A stretch of 64,000 nucleotides of DNA. It comes from Mobula birostris (Eukaryota). Positions 36,765-49,799 of the stretch are shown here, in pieces. Under the pieces are notes generated by a model. The model was given only the letters and a program-made list of their open reading frames with translations. It made no database searches and was not told where the DNA came from. Each line of letters begins with the position of its first letter. The stretch's first letter is position 1. A program made the position numbers and the translations under genes. The stretch is taken from the NCBI RefSeq assembly GCF_030028105.1, contig NC_092371.1:143788490-143852489 (forward strand), read 5' to 3'.

Positions 36765-37714
36765 CTCCACATCTTCAACGGGATCCTACCATCAGGCACA
36801 TCTTTCCCTCACCACCCCCTCACCGCCCTTTCTGCTCTCCACAGGGATCACTCCCTACACGACTCCCTTGTCCACTCATCCCTCCCCACTGATTTCCCTC
36901 CTGGCACTCATCCTTGCAAGTAGAACAAGTGCTACACTTGCCCCTATACTTCCTCCCTCATTACCATTCAGGGCCCCAAAAAGTCCTTCCAGGCAAAGCT
37001 ACACTTCCCTTGTGAGTCTGTTGGGGTCATATATTGTGTCCAGTGCTCCTGGGTGTGGCCTCCTGTATATCGGTGAGACCCGATGTAGATTGGGAGATGG
37101 TTTCACCGAGCACCTACGCTCCTTCCGCCTGAAGAAGCAGGGTGTCCAGGTAGCCACCCATTTTAATTCCACTTTCTATTCCGATATGTCAATCCATAGC
37201 CTCCTCTACTGTTGTGATGAGGCCACACTCAGGCTGTAGGAACAACACCTTGTATTCCATCTGGACAGCCTCCAAGCTTGAACATGAATTTCACAAAATT
37301 CTGGCAATGGCCCCCTGCCCTCTCCCTCACAGACCCTAGCCCTTTTCCTTCTCTCACCTTATCGCCTTGCCTACCCATCGCCTCCCTCAGGTGCGCCTCC
37401 CCCTCTTCTTTCTTCCACAGCCTTCTATCCCCACCTATCAGACTCCCCCTTCTCCAGTCCTGTATCTTTCACCAATCAACTTCCCAGCTATTTCTTCATC
37501 TTTCCCTCTCTCGATTTCACCTATCACTGTTTCTCTCTCTCCCTCCCCTACATTTTAAATCTATTCCTCAGCTTTTTTTCTCCAGTCCTGCTTAAGGGTC
37601 TCAGCCCAAAAAGTTGACTGTACTCTTTTCCATAGATTGTGCCTGCCCTGCTGAGTTCCTCCAGCATTTTGTGTGTGTTGCTTGGATTTCCAGCAGCTGC
37701 AGATTTTCTCTTGT
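36765..37714 (+). mobile_element. Penelope-like element 3' fragment (GIY-YIG + 3' UTR + tail)
   Basis: CGLLYIGETRCRLGD...VATHFN, pyrimidine-rich UTR, degenerate hammerhead at 37583-37620, tail ...CCAGCAGCTGCAGATTTTCTCTTGT. Confidence 0.88.
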
Positions 37715-37934
37715 ACATGGTTTTCAAAATGATCATTTAGATTGCTGACCTGGTTGATCTGTGGGATCTCCTGATTGGTGGTGTACACAGTGAAAAAAAG
37801 AACAACAAAAATGTGGGCAGGTTGGACAATAAAACCCTAAGGGGATTGTGATTACATGAAAGAGAATGAAAATCCTACAGTATGTCTGAACCCAAAGGAA
37901 CAGGAAAGCAGCAAAACATTACTATCAGATGTCT

Positions 37935-39370
37935 TCTTCACCTGCCTGTCTACTTGCCTTGTCACTTTCAGAGAACTAAGTACTTGAACCTCCAAGTTTC
38001 TCTGCTGTTCAACAGTACTTAGGACCCTGTCATTTACTGAGCAAGTTCTACCTTAGTTTGACTTCCCAAAATGGATCACTTTCTGTTTGTCTGCATTAAA
38101 TTTGATCTGCCATTTCTTCATATGCCATTCCACTTTACCAGTTGAATTATATACTGTTCCAACCTTAGACAAGCTTCAATCTTGCCACCCATACTCTCAT
38201 AAGATCATCAATACATGTGACAAACATTGAGGGGTTCAGCACCGATCCCTGCAGCTCATTACTGGTCATAGGCCTCAACTGGAAAAGCAACTTTCCATTA
38301 CACCTTCTTATTCCTTACAACAAGACAATTTTGTATCTAAATGGTTTGATTACCCTGGATTTCATGTGATCCCACTCTCTGGACTAGCTTACCATGCAGG
38401 ACCATGTCAAGAGACTGGCTTAAATCCACTTAGACATTATCATCCTAAACTTGGCAATTATCTTAATAACCCCTTCAAAAAAAAACTCAATTAGATTTGA
38501 GACACAATTTCCCATGCACAAAACTATGCAGACTATCCCTAATTAGTTTTTGCCTTTCTAAATGCAGATATATCCTGTCTCTCAGAATCCCCTCCAATTA
38601 CTTAACCACCACTGGTGCTAGGCTCACTGGTCAGTTTTTCAATACTTTACTCATTGGCTAAGGAATATACAAGAATCAATACCAGAGACCCAGCAATGTC
38701 TTCTCGTTACACATTATTGAAGTTTTTCAGAACGTCACTGTTCTTTTCACTGAATTCACTACCTTCTTGTCTGCATTTACTGTTGAGAAGTATTCATTTA
38801 TGACCTCACCCATCTGCTGTGAATCCATATGTAGACAACCTTAAGAATCCTTAAGAGGACCTATTCTTTCCCCATTTAGCCATTTGCTCTTAATATATTT
38901 ATAAATTCTCTTAGGATTCTCCTTTACCTTATCTGCCAGGGATATCTCATGTCCTGATTTATTTATTTAATTATTTTTAAAGTGTTCTCCTACATTCCTC
39001 GTACTCTTCAATGGACTCGCTTAATCCTAGTTGCCAATACCTGATATATGCCTTCTTTCTCTTGACCAGACTCAATATACCTCATCCACCAAGGTTTACT
39101 AATCCTGCCAGCCTTACCCTTCACTCTAACAGGAACATGTTGACCCAGTAATTTGAAAGCAAACTACTTGTTCCCTTTACTTGTGAACAGCTTCTCCCAA
39201 TTGACCTTTATAAATTGCTTCCCTAATACCATCAAAATTAGCTTTACTCCAATACAAGACTTCAACTTTTCAACCAGCCCCATTTCTTTTCATAACTACG
39301 TTAAAACTACAAGAAATATGGTCACTATTCCCAAAATGCTCCCCCAAATTTCAGTGATTTGCCTTGCCTC
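37935..39370 (-). mobile_element. Old CR1 LINE fragment
   Basis: Reverse-strand RT and upstream ORF2 remnants (QHSF, PQGSVL-like, LTSVVK) with many indels. Confidence 0.7.
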
Positions 39371-39399
39371 ATTTTGCAAAGGAAGCTCTCAAAAACTAC

Positions 39400-39698
39400 A
39401 TTTATTTAGCAATACTGTGCGGAGTAGGCCTTCCAGCCCTTTGAGCCACGCCACCCCAGCAAAGCCACAACCCCGACTAACCCCAAGCTAACCATGGAAC
39501 AATTTACAATGACCAATTAACCTACCAGGCACATCCTGGAGCTGTGGGAGGAAACCAGAGCACCCGAGGAAAACCAACGCATTCCACAGGGAGGATGTGA
39601 CAGACTCCTTCTAGAACAGTACCAGAACTGAACTCAGAACTCTGGTACAGCCTGAGCTGTAACAGTGTTGTACTAACCACTACACTACCCTGGTGCCC
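39400..39698 (-). mobile_element. HE1-like V-SINE
   Basis: tRNA head, V domain and tail on the minus strand. Confidence 0.8.
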
Positions 39699-39830
39699 AC
39701 TGTTACAGTGAAATTGGCTACAAGCATTTCAACCATTGTCAATTAATAGTTTGCTTTCTATTCTGTTTTTCAAAACATGAAGATAGGGAATTTACAGGAA
39801 AGAAGGCAACATATCAACTAAAAATTAAAC

Positions 39831-39925
39831 CTTTTGAAGCTGATAGAGATCAGTCTTTTTCTGTAGCGATTTCTGCGATCTTGCTTTGGGTTCTTCACCT
39901 TCTTCAATATCTTCCACAGGAACTT
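39831..39925 (-). CDS. orc3: ORC3 coding exon (exon 15 equivalent), 95 nt
   Basis: (E)VPVEDIEEGEEPKARSQKSLQKKTDLYQLQK, compare ORC3 LQKTDLYHLQK. Tandem acceptor TAGAAG, donor GTTTAA. Confidence 0.88.
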
Positions 39926-40861
39926 CTATGTAAAATTAATTTAAAAAATAACTATTGCAAGCTGTAATCTTTCTCCTGAAGAAAGCCCAAGTTTTCTCAG
40001 ATCTGAGAATGCTCAGCACTGAGTGCCAGATGCGAAAACAAGCTCCCCCTCTCCAGTATCAACATCTTCATGAGATTACACAAAAATGTATCTTGTGATG
40101 TACTAGTTATACATATAATAAATTATTGGAATAATAGCTTACATTCATTTTAAGATTCTGTGAAGCAAATGATGATTATTCCATGTAGTTTCCTCAGTAA
40201 TAATTATCTACAGAATTTATGCCGAGAAGTTCAATAAAACAGTTTGGAAAAAAAATGGCCAGACTTACAGGAAACAAGATTCATGGTACAAAAATGAGCA
40301 ATTTTTTTAAGGAGGAATGAGAAAAGGCAATAAAAACTGAATGGTAGAATTATAAGAAAAGTTCAGGAGCAGAGTGACATGAATTAACAACATGTTCAAA
40401 GGTGCTACAAGAAGATCATTATTCCAGAAATGAAATTTAAAGGTGTTTTGATTAATCATTCTACATCACTGTTTATTTGAAATAATGCCCAATTCTGGAC
40501 CCTACATCTTAGGAAGGATGTCATGAATTTTGGGAGAACACAGAGAAAATTTACTTGAATTATAGCAGGCATAATGACTATAGCTTTCAAAAAGATAATT
40601 ACCTGTAGAAAAATGGAAATATATACAATGCTGTAGGGAAAGAACAGGGATATGAATCTATCACAAAGAGCCAGCACAACATGAGAGATTAAGTGACCAC
40701 CCTCTGAGAATTTAATTCTATTAAATTCTTTTTAATTGAAGATTGGAGGTAGTGTTAAATAGCTATCATGTTTCTATTGCAATAATAATATGGAAATCGC
40801 ATTTTCACAAAATAGATCTTGGTCTGGCCCATTACCACTGATTACATTGCTCAACACATAC

Positions 40862-40995
40862 CATCCAGTTTCTGAAACTTTGCAAGGAAATCTTCCAGTG
40901 TTTCTATGGAACGAGTGAGGGACTTGTGCTCAGAAGACTGCAACACTTCTAAGCATTTCTGAAGCAGATGTACAAGCTCATCTTTGGCCATCATT
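40862..40995 (-). CDS. orc3: ORC3 coding exon (exon 14 equivalent), 134 nt
   Basis: MMAKDELVHLLQKCLEVLQSSEHKSLTRSIETLEDFLAKFQKLD. CAG/GTATGT. Confidence 0.95.
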
Positions 40996-42454
40996 CTGCA
41001 ACATATCAAATTATTTAATCACTACACAAATTCAATACACATCTTCTCCCATCATATGTTGGAGCAGGCAATGGTTAATCTGACATGCTCTTTCCCATTT
41101 GCAGACTGTAGAAGTTCCATGCTTCATGTGTTAGAGCGTCTTCACAACATCATTACCAAAATTACAATATGGAAATTTCATGTAACAATTGATTCAGGTA
41201 GCATAGTGGGGTGCAGCAGGAGGTGTTCCTGCCTACAGCTACAGCCAGCTGGGTTTGTTGTTGACCAGGTGCTCTGATTTACTCCTACATCTCAAAGCCA
41301 TGCTGGTAGGCTGTTTGACTATTATAAATTACCTCAGTGTAGATGGACAGTAGAAAAATTAAGTTGAAGTTGATGGGCACATGGGAGGGCACAAACTACA
41401 GTGAAATAAGTAGGGGAGAGCCAGTTTTGACTCAATTGGCACAATGACCTCTTCCAATTAAAAGAAAGAAATGGAAAAGAAATGCTGCAGCTGCATTGAT
41501 ACTGAACAGGGTGAAATTAACCCTGGAAGTTGCTGCCAACCTCATTGGCTTTCCTCAGCAGATGCATCAAACTGCCTCATTCAAGTTCAATGCCTCAACG
41601 AGTGAATTTCACAAAATATAAAAATCCATCTCACTACTGTACCCAGTCCCTACTAGCAGTTCCTGTACCAAATCATCAAACATTGTGAAAATATTTAAAA
41701 ATTAAAATTAAAGAGCTAGAGGTCATGGGTTAAAGGTGAAAGATGAAATGTTTAAGAGGAACTGAGAGTAGCGAGAGAATGGAATGAGCTGCCAGCAGAA
41801 GTGATGGACGCAGTTCGATTTCAACATTTAAGAGAAGATTGGATAAGAACATTGATGGGAGGGGTATGGGTTGATGGGACCAGGCAACATAATAATTCAG
41901 CATGGACTAGATGGGCTGAAGCCCTGTTTCTGAGCTGCAGTGCTCTACGACCTTATTAAAATTAATTTACCATCCAGAATACTATTAAACAGATGTGGAA
42001 CGTAAGCAATAAAATGATATGGAATTAGAATCTCAAAGGGAGTTCTACTAAATATAAAATCATTTTGCAAATAAAATAGTTGAAGCAGGAGGATCTACAA
42101 TCAGAAATTTACCAAAGTGATGCTGTGGAGTTATTCTTTTAAGGAGACTGAATTAATTAAGCATTTAAGCAGAAGATGATTAAAGCCTTGAAATGGATGG
42201 GTAAGAAGCATGTTATGCCGATCCATGTTAGGCTTGGAGTGGTGAATCGCATATGGACCAATTGAGCTGTACGATTTGTTTCTTATATGGAATGTGTACA
42301 TTCCATACGCAGTGAAGAGCTAAACAACCAAAATTGTGAATCAATAAGGTTATGACATACAAAAGTAGGAAGTGCTGTAGTTTTAAGTACTACATCGTTA
42401 CAAGACTCTTAGGCTAGAACAGCTGAGTCACATAATTAATTTCTATATATTTAC

Positions 42455-42534
42455 CTGAACAGTTGGAAAGCAGCAGTGTACTCTTCATTTTCCCATACGT
42501 TTGACTCTAAGCAGGTGATGTAGAGTTCTCTGAT
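42455..42534 (-). CDS. orc3: ORC3 coding exon (exon 13 equivalent), 80 nt
   Basis: [26 protein letters not shown](R). CAG/GTAAAT. Confidence 0.96.
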
Positions 42535-44732
42535 CTGTGGGATCACAAGTCATGAATAAATTCCAGGCATATTCAAAGATCCATGTAAAAAGGAAGTTAA
42601 AATCTAATCTTTTTTTCTACTAAACAAAATCACAGTATTCTGAATAAAATTAGCTCCACAAAGCGTCAGGCAACTCTTAATCCAGGACTGTTTGTTACAT
42701 CCTTAACATCAATTTCACTGAAAATTCTGATGTGGCCGTGGCTTCCAATTATGCTCTGCTCTCTAGGAAAAATTGTTAACTATGCCTCACTTTTAGGTTG
42801 TTGAGTCCACATTGCAGCCTCCATCAACAGAGTAGGGGACACACTTCTGGTGCAGAAAATATCAAGTACCCAACTGGGTACTTGGGTTTCTGCAAACACC
42901 AATCAAAGAATATCGAGGTCTACAATTCACACTTCCCCAGAATGATCAAAGTGCCTCTATCGATAACAACAGAAAGAATAAAGACAGCTCTGAAAATAGT
43001 TGTATATCTCTACAAATTCCACATACTTCCAGGAAATGATTTGCACTAAGATCCAGAATGAAAGAAATTTCTTAGCTATGACTTGACAGTCTGGATATAT
43101 ATCTCGACTCCTTTAATAACTACAGACTTTCCTTACATAATCTACGAGTCATTACAACCAGGATCTCAATACAACTCCATTTATAGAGTACATGCAAATT
43201 TATTTTCAAAATAAAAACAAGATCCTTAGTTGGCTTGACCAATTGACTTTCCAACATGCATATAACATTGCTGCATTCAATTTTTATTCCAGGATACAAT
43301 ATAAAATGTACATATGACTTTCAAACGTTAGACTCTCTTTTACACAATGAATAGAAGTCACACTGAACAACATCTCAAATCCTCCATTTATTCTTTTGCA
43401 TTAACTGCTTATAATACTCAACATAATTTGTAAATCTATCTACTCAACAATGCAGAAAATGTCCATATATATCCTGTTCATAAAAAACAGTACAAAACCA
43501 ATTCAGTTAATTGCCCAGACCATTTTTTAAACATAAGTAAAGTGATAAAAGGCTTCATTGACAAGGCTCATCAACAAACTGCTTACTGATGCTCAGTTTG
43601 GCTTTTGCAAGGACCAGTATGCTCCACACATCATCGGAACTTTGGTCCAAGCACGTACCAAAGAACTAAATACCACAATAAAGTGGGATTGACTCGTCTA
43701 GACGTGAAAGCAGATTTTGACCAAGTGTAACACTGGGGAGTCCTAGTAAAATTAAAGTCAATGGACATCAAGAGAAACAACACTCCAAGTATAGGAGCCA
43801 CAGTTTACAAAAAAAGATGGTTATGGTTCTTGCATGCCAATCCTCCCAATCCTAGGACATCACTGCAGGAATTCAAAGGGGCACTCTCCTCGATCGAACC
43901 CCAAGCTGACCGCTTCATCTTGGATTGTGCAAGTCAAGTTAAATGTTCATTCAGCTTACCACTGGCAAACAGTAACTGTACAGCAAGCTACCAAAAAATG
44001 TGCTGTAGTTACTTGTCCAGGCAGTTCTGAAAGCACCTCATACTCAGATTTATTTCTGATTCAGAAATAAACCATTGTTCTTCATCATTGCAAGGTCTAA
44101 ATCCAAGAACTCCCTATTCTACAGTGTTCTATTTAAAGTGGCAGCTCATTTCTATCTTCTCAAGGGCAATTAAGCATGGGAATAAATGCCGGCCCTTCCA
44201 ACAACACCGAAGACTGAATAAGCAGTGCAGATTGCCTACTTGTATAGGCAAGATTTACAGACTTAATTATCGAAAACTATTGCTCAATGATTCAAACTAG
44301 AGGGTGAAGTGCCTTCCTTTTGAAACTAAACACAGATGTGGTAATGATTTAATTTTTTTCCTCTTGTTAGCAGGTAGAACATTTCAACACCTGCCTGACT
44401 GGAAGTTATATCAACCAGCAAGTGATTACAGGGTTTTCTGTCTTCCTCCCACAACTGCCAAGAACTGTTTCGCTCTTACATAGCCAGTAATATCCTGATA
44501 TTCCTCTTTTACCTTATGGTTATTATAAAATATAGGACAAAACAGATAGTTTCTTTTGTGAGAACAAGTGCAATAAACTAACTTGGTGAACTAGAGTCAA
44601 ATTCTTCACCTCATCCAATCTGCCTTCAACATCTTCAATAAAATGTTTTATAAGCATATTGTTAATGTTCAGAAAAGTAAAACAATTCATTTGTAGTTAA
44701 GTATATTAGATATTTCAAAAGCAAACACACAC

Positions 44733-44849
44733 CTGTTTACCCAAAGGATATCTTGGAAGCGACGATGTAAAAATGTGCAAGCATTTCAGGACCGGGAAAT
44801 AATTCTTATGGTAATTGTGAAGGCTTGTCAACAGTGCTTCTACAGCAAT
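44733..44849 (-). CDS. orc3: ORC3 coding exon (exon 12 equivalent), 117 nt
   Basis: [48 protein letters not shown]. Confidence 0.96.
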
Positions 44850-45251
44850 CTGTAAAATTTAATAGACAAATGTATAAATGAATTGAAAATCATCTAGTAC
44901 TCAACATAATTCTAATGATGCCTAAAGTGATTCAGCCAGAAACATCCACTGGTATTGGACCAATATCTAACATCATCTCGTTTTGCAAGTTAAGGAACAA
45001 AAGTTCATAATTTTCTCAAAAAAATTAGTTGATATGGCAGACTTTCATTAGAGATAAATAAAAACTTTGTGCTGGTTATAAACTTCATTAACCAAAAACT
45101 GCAACAATTCAAACCATAAACCAAGTCCTTCAATCCATGTCTATGCCAATCTTTAGCAAAGCAACCCTAAGCCAACCCCACCACTCTACATTTACCATAA
45201 AAATAGTATCTCAATCTATCCAAATTTTCTTTAATCTTTAATTCCTACCTC

Positions 45252-46950
45252 CGACATAAATAATCTTCCAGAAATAGTAGGGGACCGAGGGTCTACTGAG
45301 ATGGAGGAACTGAGGGAAATACATGTTAGTAGGGAAGTGGTGTTAGGTAAATTGAAGGGATTAAAGGCAGATAAATCCCCAGGGCTAGATGGTCTGCATC
45401 CCAGAGTGCTTAAGGAAGTAGCCCAAGAAATAGTGAATGCATTAGTGATAATTTTTCAAAACTCTTTAGATTCTGGACTAGTTCCTGAGGATTGGAGGGT
45501 GGCTAATGTAACCCCACTTTTTAAAAAAGGAGGGAGAGAGAAACCAGGGAATTATAGACCGGTTAGCCTAACATCGGTGGTGGGGGAACTGTTAGAGTCA
45601 GTTATCAAAGATGTGATAACAGCACATTTGGAAAGCGGTGAAATCATCGGACAAAGTCAGCATGGATTTGTGAAAGGAAAATCATGTCTGACGAATCTCA
45701 TAGAATTTTTTGAGGATGTAACTAGTAGAGTGGATAGGGGAGAACCAGTGGATGTGGTATATTTGGATTTTCAAAAGGCTTTTGACAAGGTCCCACACAG
45801 GAGATTAGTGTGTAAACTTAAAGCACACGGTATTGGGGGTAAGGTATTGATGTGGATAGAGAATTGGTTGGCAGACAGGAAGCAAAGAGTGGGAACAAAC
45901 GGGACCTTTTCAGAATGGCAGGCAGTGACCAGTGGGGTACCGCAAGGCTCAGTGCTGGGACCTCAGTTGTTCACAATATATATTAATGACTTAGATGAGG
46001 GAATTAATGCAGCATCTCCAAGTTTGCGGATGACACGAAGCTGGGCGGCAGTGTTAGCTGTGAGGAGGATGCTAGGAGGATGCAGGGTGACTTGGATAGG
46101 TTAGGTGAGTGGGCAAATTCATGGCAGATGCAATTTAATGTGGATAAATGTGAGGTTATCCACCTTGGTGGCAAAAACAGGAAAACAGATTATTATCTGA
46201 ATGGTGGCCGATTAGGAAAAGGGGAGGTGCAACGAGACCTGGGTGTCATTATACACCAGTCATTGAAAGTGGGCATGCAGGTACAGCAGGCAGTGGAAAA
46301 GGCGAATGGTATGCTGGCATTCATAGCAAGAGGATTCGAGTACAGGAGCAGGGAGGTACTACTGCAGTTGTACAAGGCCTTGCTGAGACCACACCTGGAG
46401 TATTGAGTGCAGTTTTGGTCCCCTAATCTGAGGAAAGACATCCTTGCCATAGAGGGTGTACAAAGAAGATTCACCAGATTGATTCCTGGGATGGCAGAAC
46501 TTTCATATGAAGAAAGACTGGATCGACTAGGCTTATACTCATTGGAATTTAGGAGATTGAGGGGGAATCTTATTGAAACGTATAAAATCCTAAAGGGATT
46601 GGACAGGCTAGATGTAGGAAAATTGTTCCCGATGTTGGGGAAGTCCAGAACGAGGGGTCACAGATTAAGGATAAAGGGGAAGCTTTTTAGGACCAAGATG
46701 AGGAAAAACTTCTTCACACAGAGAGTGGTGAATCTGTGGAATTCTCTGTCACAGGAAACAGTTGAGGCCAGTTCATTGGCTATATTTAAGAGGGAGTTCG
46801 ATATGGCCCTTGTGGCTAAAGGGATCAGGGGGTATGGAGGGAAGGCTGGTATAGGGTTCTGAGTTGGATGATCAGCCATGATCATACTGAATGGCGATGT
46901 AGGCTCAAAGGGCCGAATGGCCCACTCCTGCACCTATTTTCTATGTTTCA
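45252..46950 (+). mobile_element. 5'-truncated young CR1 LINE (RT + 3' UTR)
   Basis: ORFs 45301-46104, 46080-46406 and 46407-46862 carry complete RT motifs; TTTCTATG tail. Confidence 0.95.
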
Positions 46951-48798
46951 ATGAAGACGCCCACTCAATAATTCAGAACCTACTTCTTGCTCTCTGCCAT
47001 CAGATTTCTGAACAGTCCACAAATCAAAACACACTACCTCATTATTCCTTTTTTTTGTACTATTTATTTTATATTTATAGTAAATTTATATCTTTGCACT
47101 GTACTGCTGCTGCAAAATAACAAATTTCATATCATAGTTAAAGATGACGCCAGAGGTTTTTGCAGACCTGGGCGACTTTGAGTTCAACCACGAAACATTT
47201 AAGTTTCTGTTCTCATGTCTGTTGCTTTCCTTTTCAAGGTGGCTGAGGTCCTGTTTGAGTCTATGATCTACAGCTGCACTTAAACTGCGTCCTTCACGGA
47301 CAGTGGGTTCTCGCTATTCTGGAACTCGCCGAGTGGTCTGAGGCTTTCAGTATCTCCAGAAGCGGCTTGGAAGACGGGCACCTTCAGGCTGCGGTCCTGT
47401 GTGGCCCTGAGGAAGACCTGATTCCCTGCCAATGCTGCTAACTGAAGTGTGCAGGAGATTGACTCATCGAGAAAGTGACTGTGGCTGTTGAAGGTCTCTG
47501 CACTTGCGATCACTCTCTCTCTCGATGCTGATAGAGATTTTGATGATTCTCAAGTTGGGGGAACTCGAAATAAGCGATGCTGCAGACTGTAACATTGAAA
47601 CAGCAAGCTGTTGGCCTCCTGTTTTGCTGTGGCAGGAGCAACATCGCTTTCTCTCCCTCATTAGTGACAGAAAGCTGTTGAGGTGTTGGAATGGACAGTA
47701 ATTCTTGATGAACTAAAGATCACAGTCTTCAGGGGCCTGCTATTGCTTGCATGGTGGGTGGCGGGGGGGGGGCTGATAATTTTTACTGGACCAAGTGGGG
47801 GAGAGGAGAGGGAACATTGATCCTTTGCTGCTGCTTGTGCATGGGGGAGGGGGCTTTAGGGTTCTAACATTTTTCTGTCATTCGTTCTTTGGGGTTTTTG
47901 CTCTCTGTTTTATGGATGTCTGTGAAGAGCAAGAATTTCAGATTCTATGACAGTAAATTGAACCATTGAATACAAGACAGTAATAATAATCCTGATTCTG
48001 ATTTATTAATATCCATCCACAGAAAAAAATCATTTTCTCTTTAATTTATCAAGTGCCTTTACAATCTTAAAACTCTCTCATTATCTCTCACTTCAATTTT
48101 GTTTTTCTCTCTCTATCCTGTTCTTTGGCACCATCCTGATCTTTGGTGCTTTATCTATGTTTTGGCAGTGAAAATTAAGCACGCTGATCTAATCATAACC
48201 TAACTTAGCACAGAATATTGCTTCTTCATTCTCCTAACTGAGTAAATCTTTGTGTTTCAGAGAATCAACTTGTGGAACCACAGCCTTTTAAAATATAGCA
48301 AATTGTTTCATCATGTTAATTTAAGGAGACATTAGTATTTATACAGCTTCCAGCAATTTACATTGAGGAATACATAGGCATTTTACATGATGGAGAAGAT
48401 GATGGGAAAAGAAACAACTGAATTGTAATATTTTAATACATGGTATGAGAAGTAAAGAGGTGACTGAAATTCTAAGTGATAAAACATATTTGAGAAAATT
48501 GCTGAAGGTACAAGAGATAAACATAAAGGGATATTGGGAGGTATTTCCAAAGTGTAGAGGCTTAAGCCTCTATTAGAAAAGCTGGCTAAGGGACCTATAT
48601 TTGATGGCTATCAGTGGATGTGAAAATTCAGGAAGAAGTTGAAGAGATGGTGCATGTTGAAATTATGAAGAGATTTGAAAATGACAAGGAATGTAAATTT
48701 AATGGAATCCCTTTCAAGAGCTAATGTACAGCAGCAAGGAAGAGTACGTTATTTAAGTATCATCACATCAAGTTTGGAATACACATCATATGGATTAC

Positions 48799-48862
48799 CT
48801 TTAAATACTGGTCATTAGTCAAAAGGTCAATCTGCTTTTCTGAATCTTGACGATCAACGTAA
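48799..48862 (-). CDS. orc3: ORC3 coding exon (exon 11 equivalent), 64 nt
   Basis: YVDRQDSEKQIDLLTNDQYLK, similar to YVEKQASEKQVALLTNERYLK. TAG/GTAATC. Confidence 0.94.
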
Positions 48863-49799
48863 CTAAAATTTAAAAATATATTCCAATTAACTTTGCTGGT
48901 TCATAATTGCAGTTACATAGGTGGCACTGTTGCAACACAGCTGCCCTGCAGAATATCAATTACATCATAAAACATTCCTGTGACTTTTAGCCAGTAAGAC
49001 CCACTCCATGGTTCAGTACACAACACATAAACATAAGCACTAGCTCAAGTTTGGCCATTGATTTAAATTATATAATTCCCTTCAGCTGGAAAGCAACTCC
49101 CAGATTTTACCTTTGATGTATCCCAAAACACTGAATTGATCCACGATCCTGCTTAAGCAACATTTCCTTGCTCTAAAGCTCAAAATGAAAGTGAAGGCCC
49201 TCCAGTTTAAAGCAGCCTCCCTGCACTTAATCTGATATGACATAAAACTGAATTGCTTCTACAACACATATACAAGGCAGATAGCTTCATCTATTGGTAG
49301 CAGTTTGGAAAGTGAGAGAACAAAGAAAGCTATAAAGCATTATACAAGTCATAAAACATGAAGGTACTGCACATTAAAAAATAAATCAAAAAACATGGGA
49401 ACATTGATACTTTATTATAAACTGGGAAACAAGTATTAACATAAATGCAGACAAACTGGAGAATTCTGAAGAAACTTCAGATACTGCAAGTATACATCTA
49501 ACTAGTCACCATCTACAGAAAGGGACACAGTAATGTGTCAGATAGGCAATATTAGAGATTTACAGCTGATAACCTGGGAAAACTGGAACCAGGAGGAAGG
49601 AAAGGGAACTATCTGTGCTAGGATGGAGGACAAGAATGTTTTATTGACAAAAGTAATCATAATGCAAGCAAAAGGTGTTGAAGTTTTTTTAAACTTGTCT
49701 CAATCTTTTGACACTTTCTGGTTGCTTATCTTTTAATATCTCATCTCCATTGCAAAAAAACAGTCACAAGCTATCATAATTACAAATACATAAAACAAT

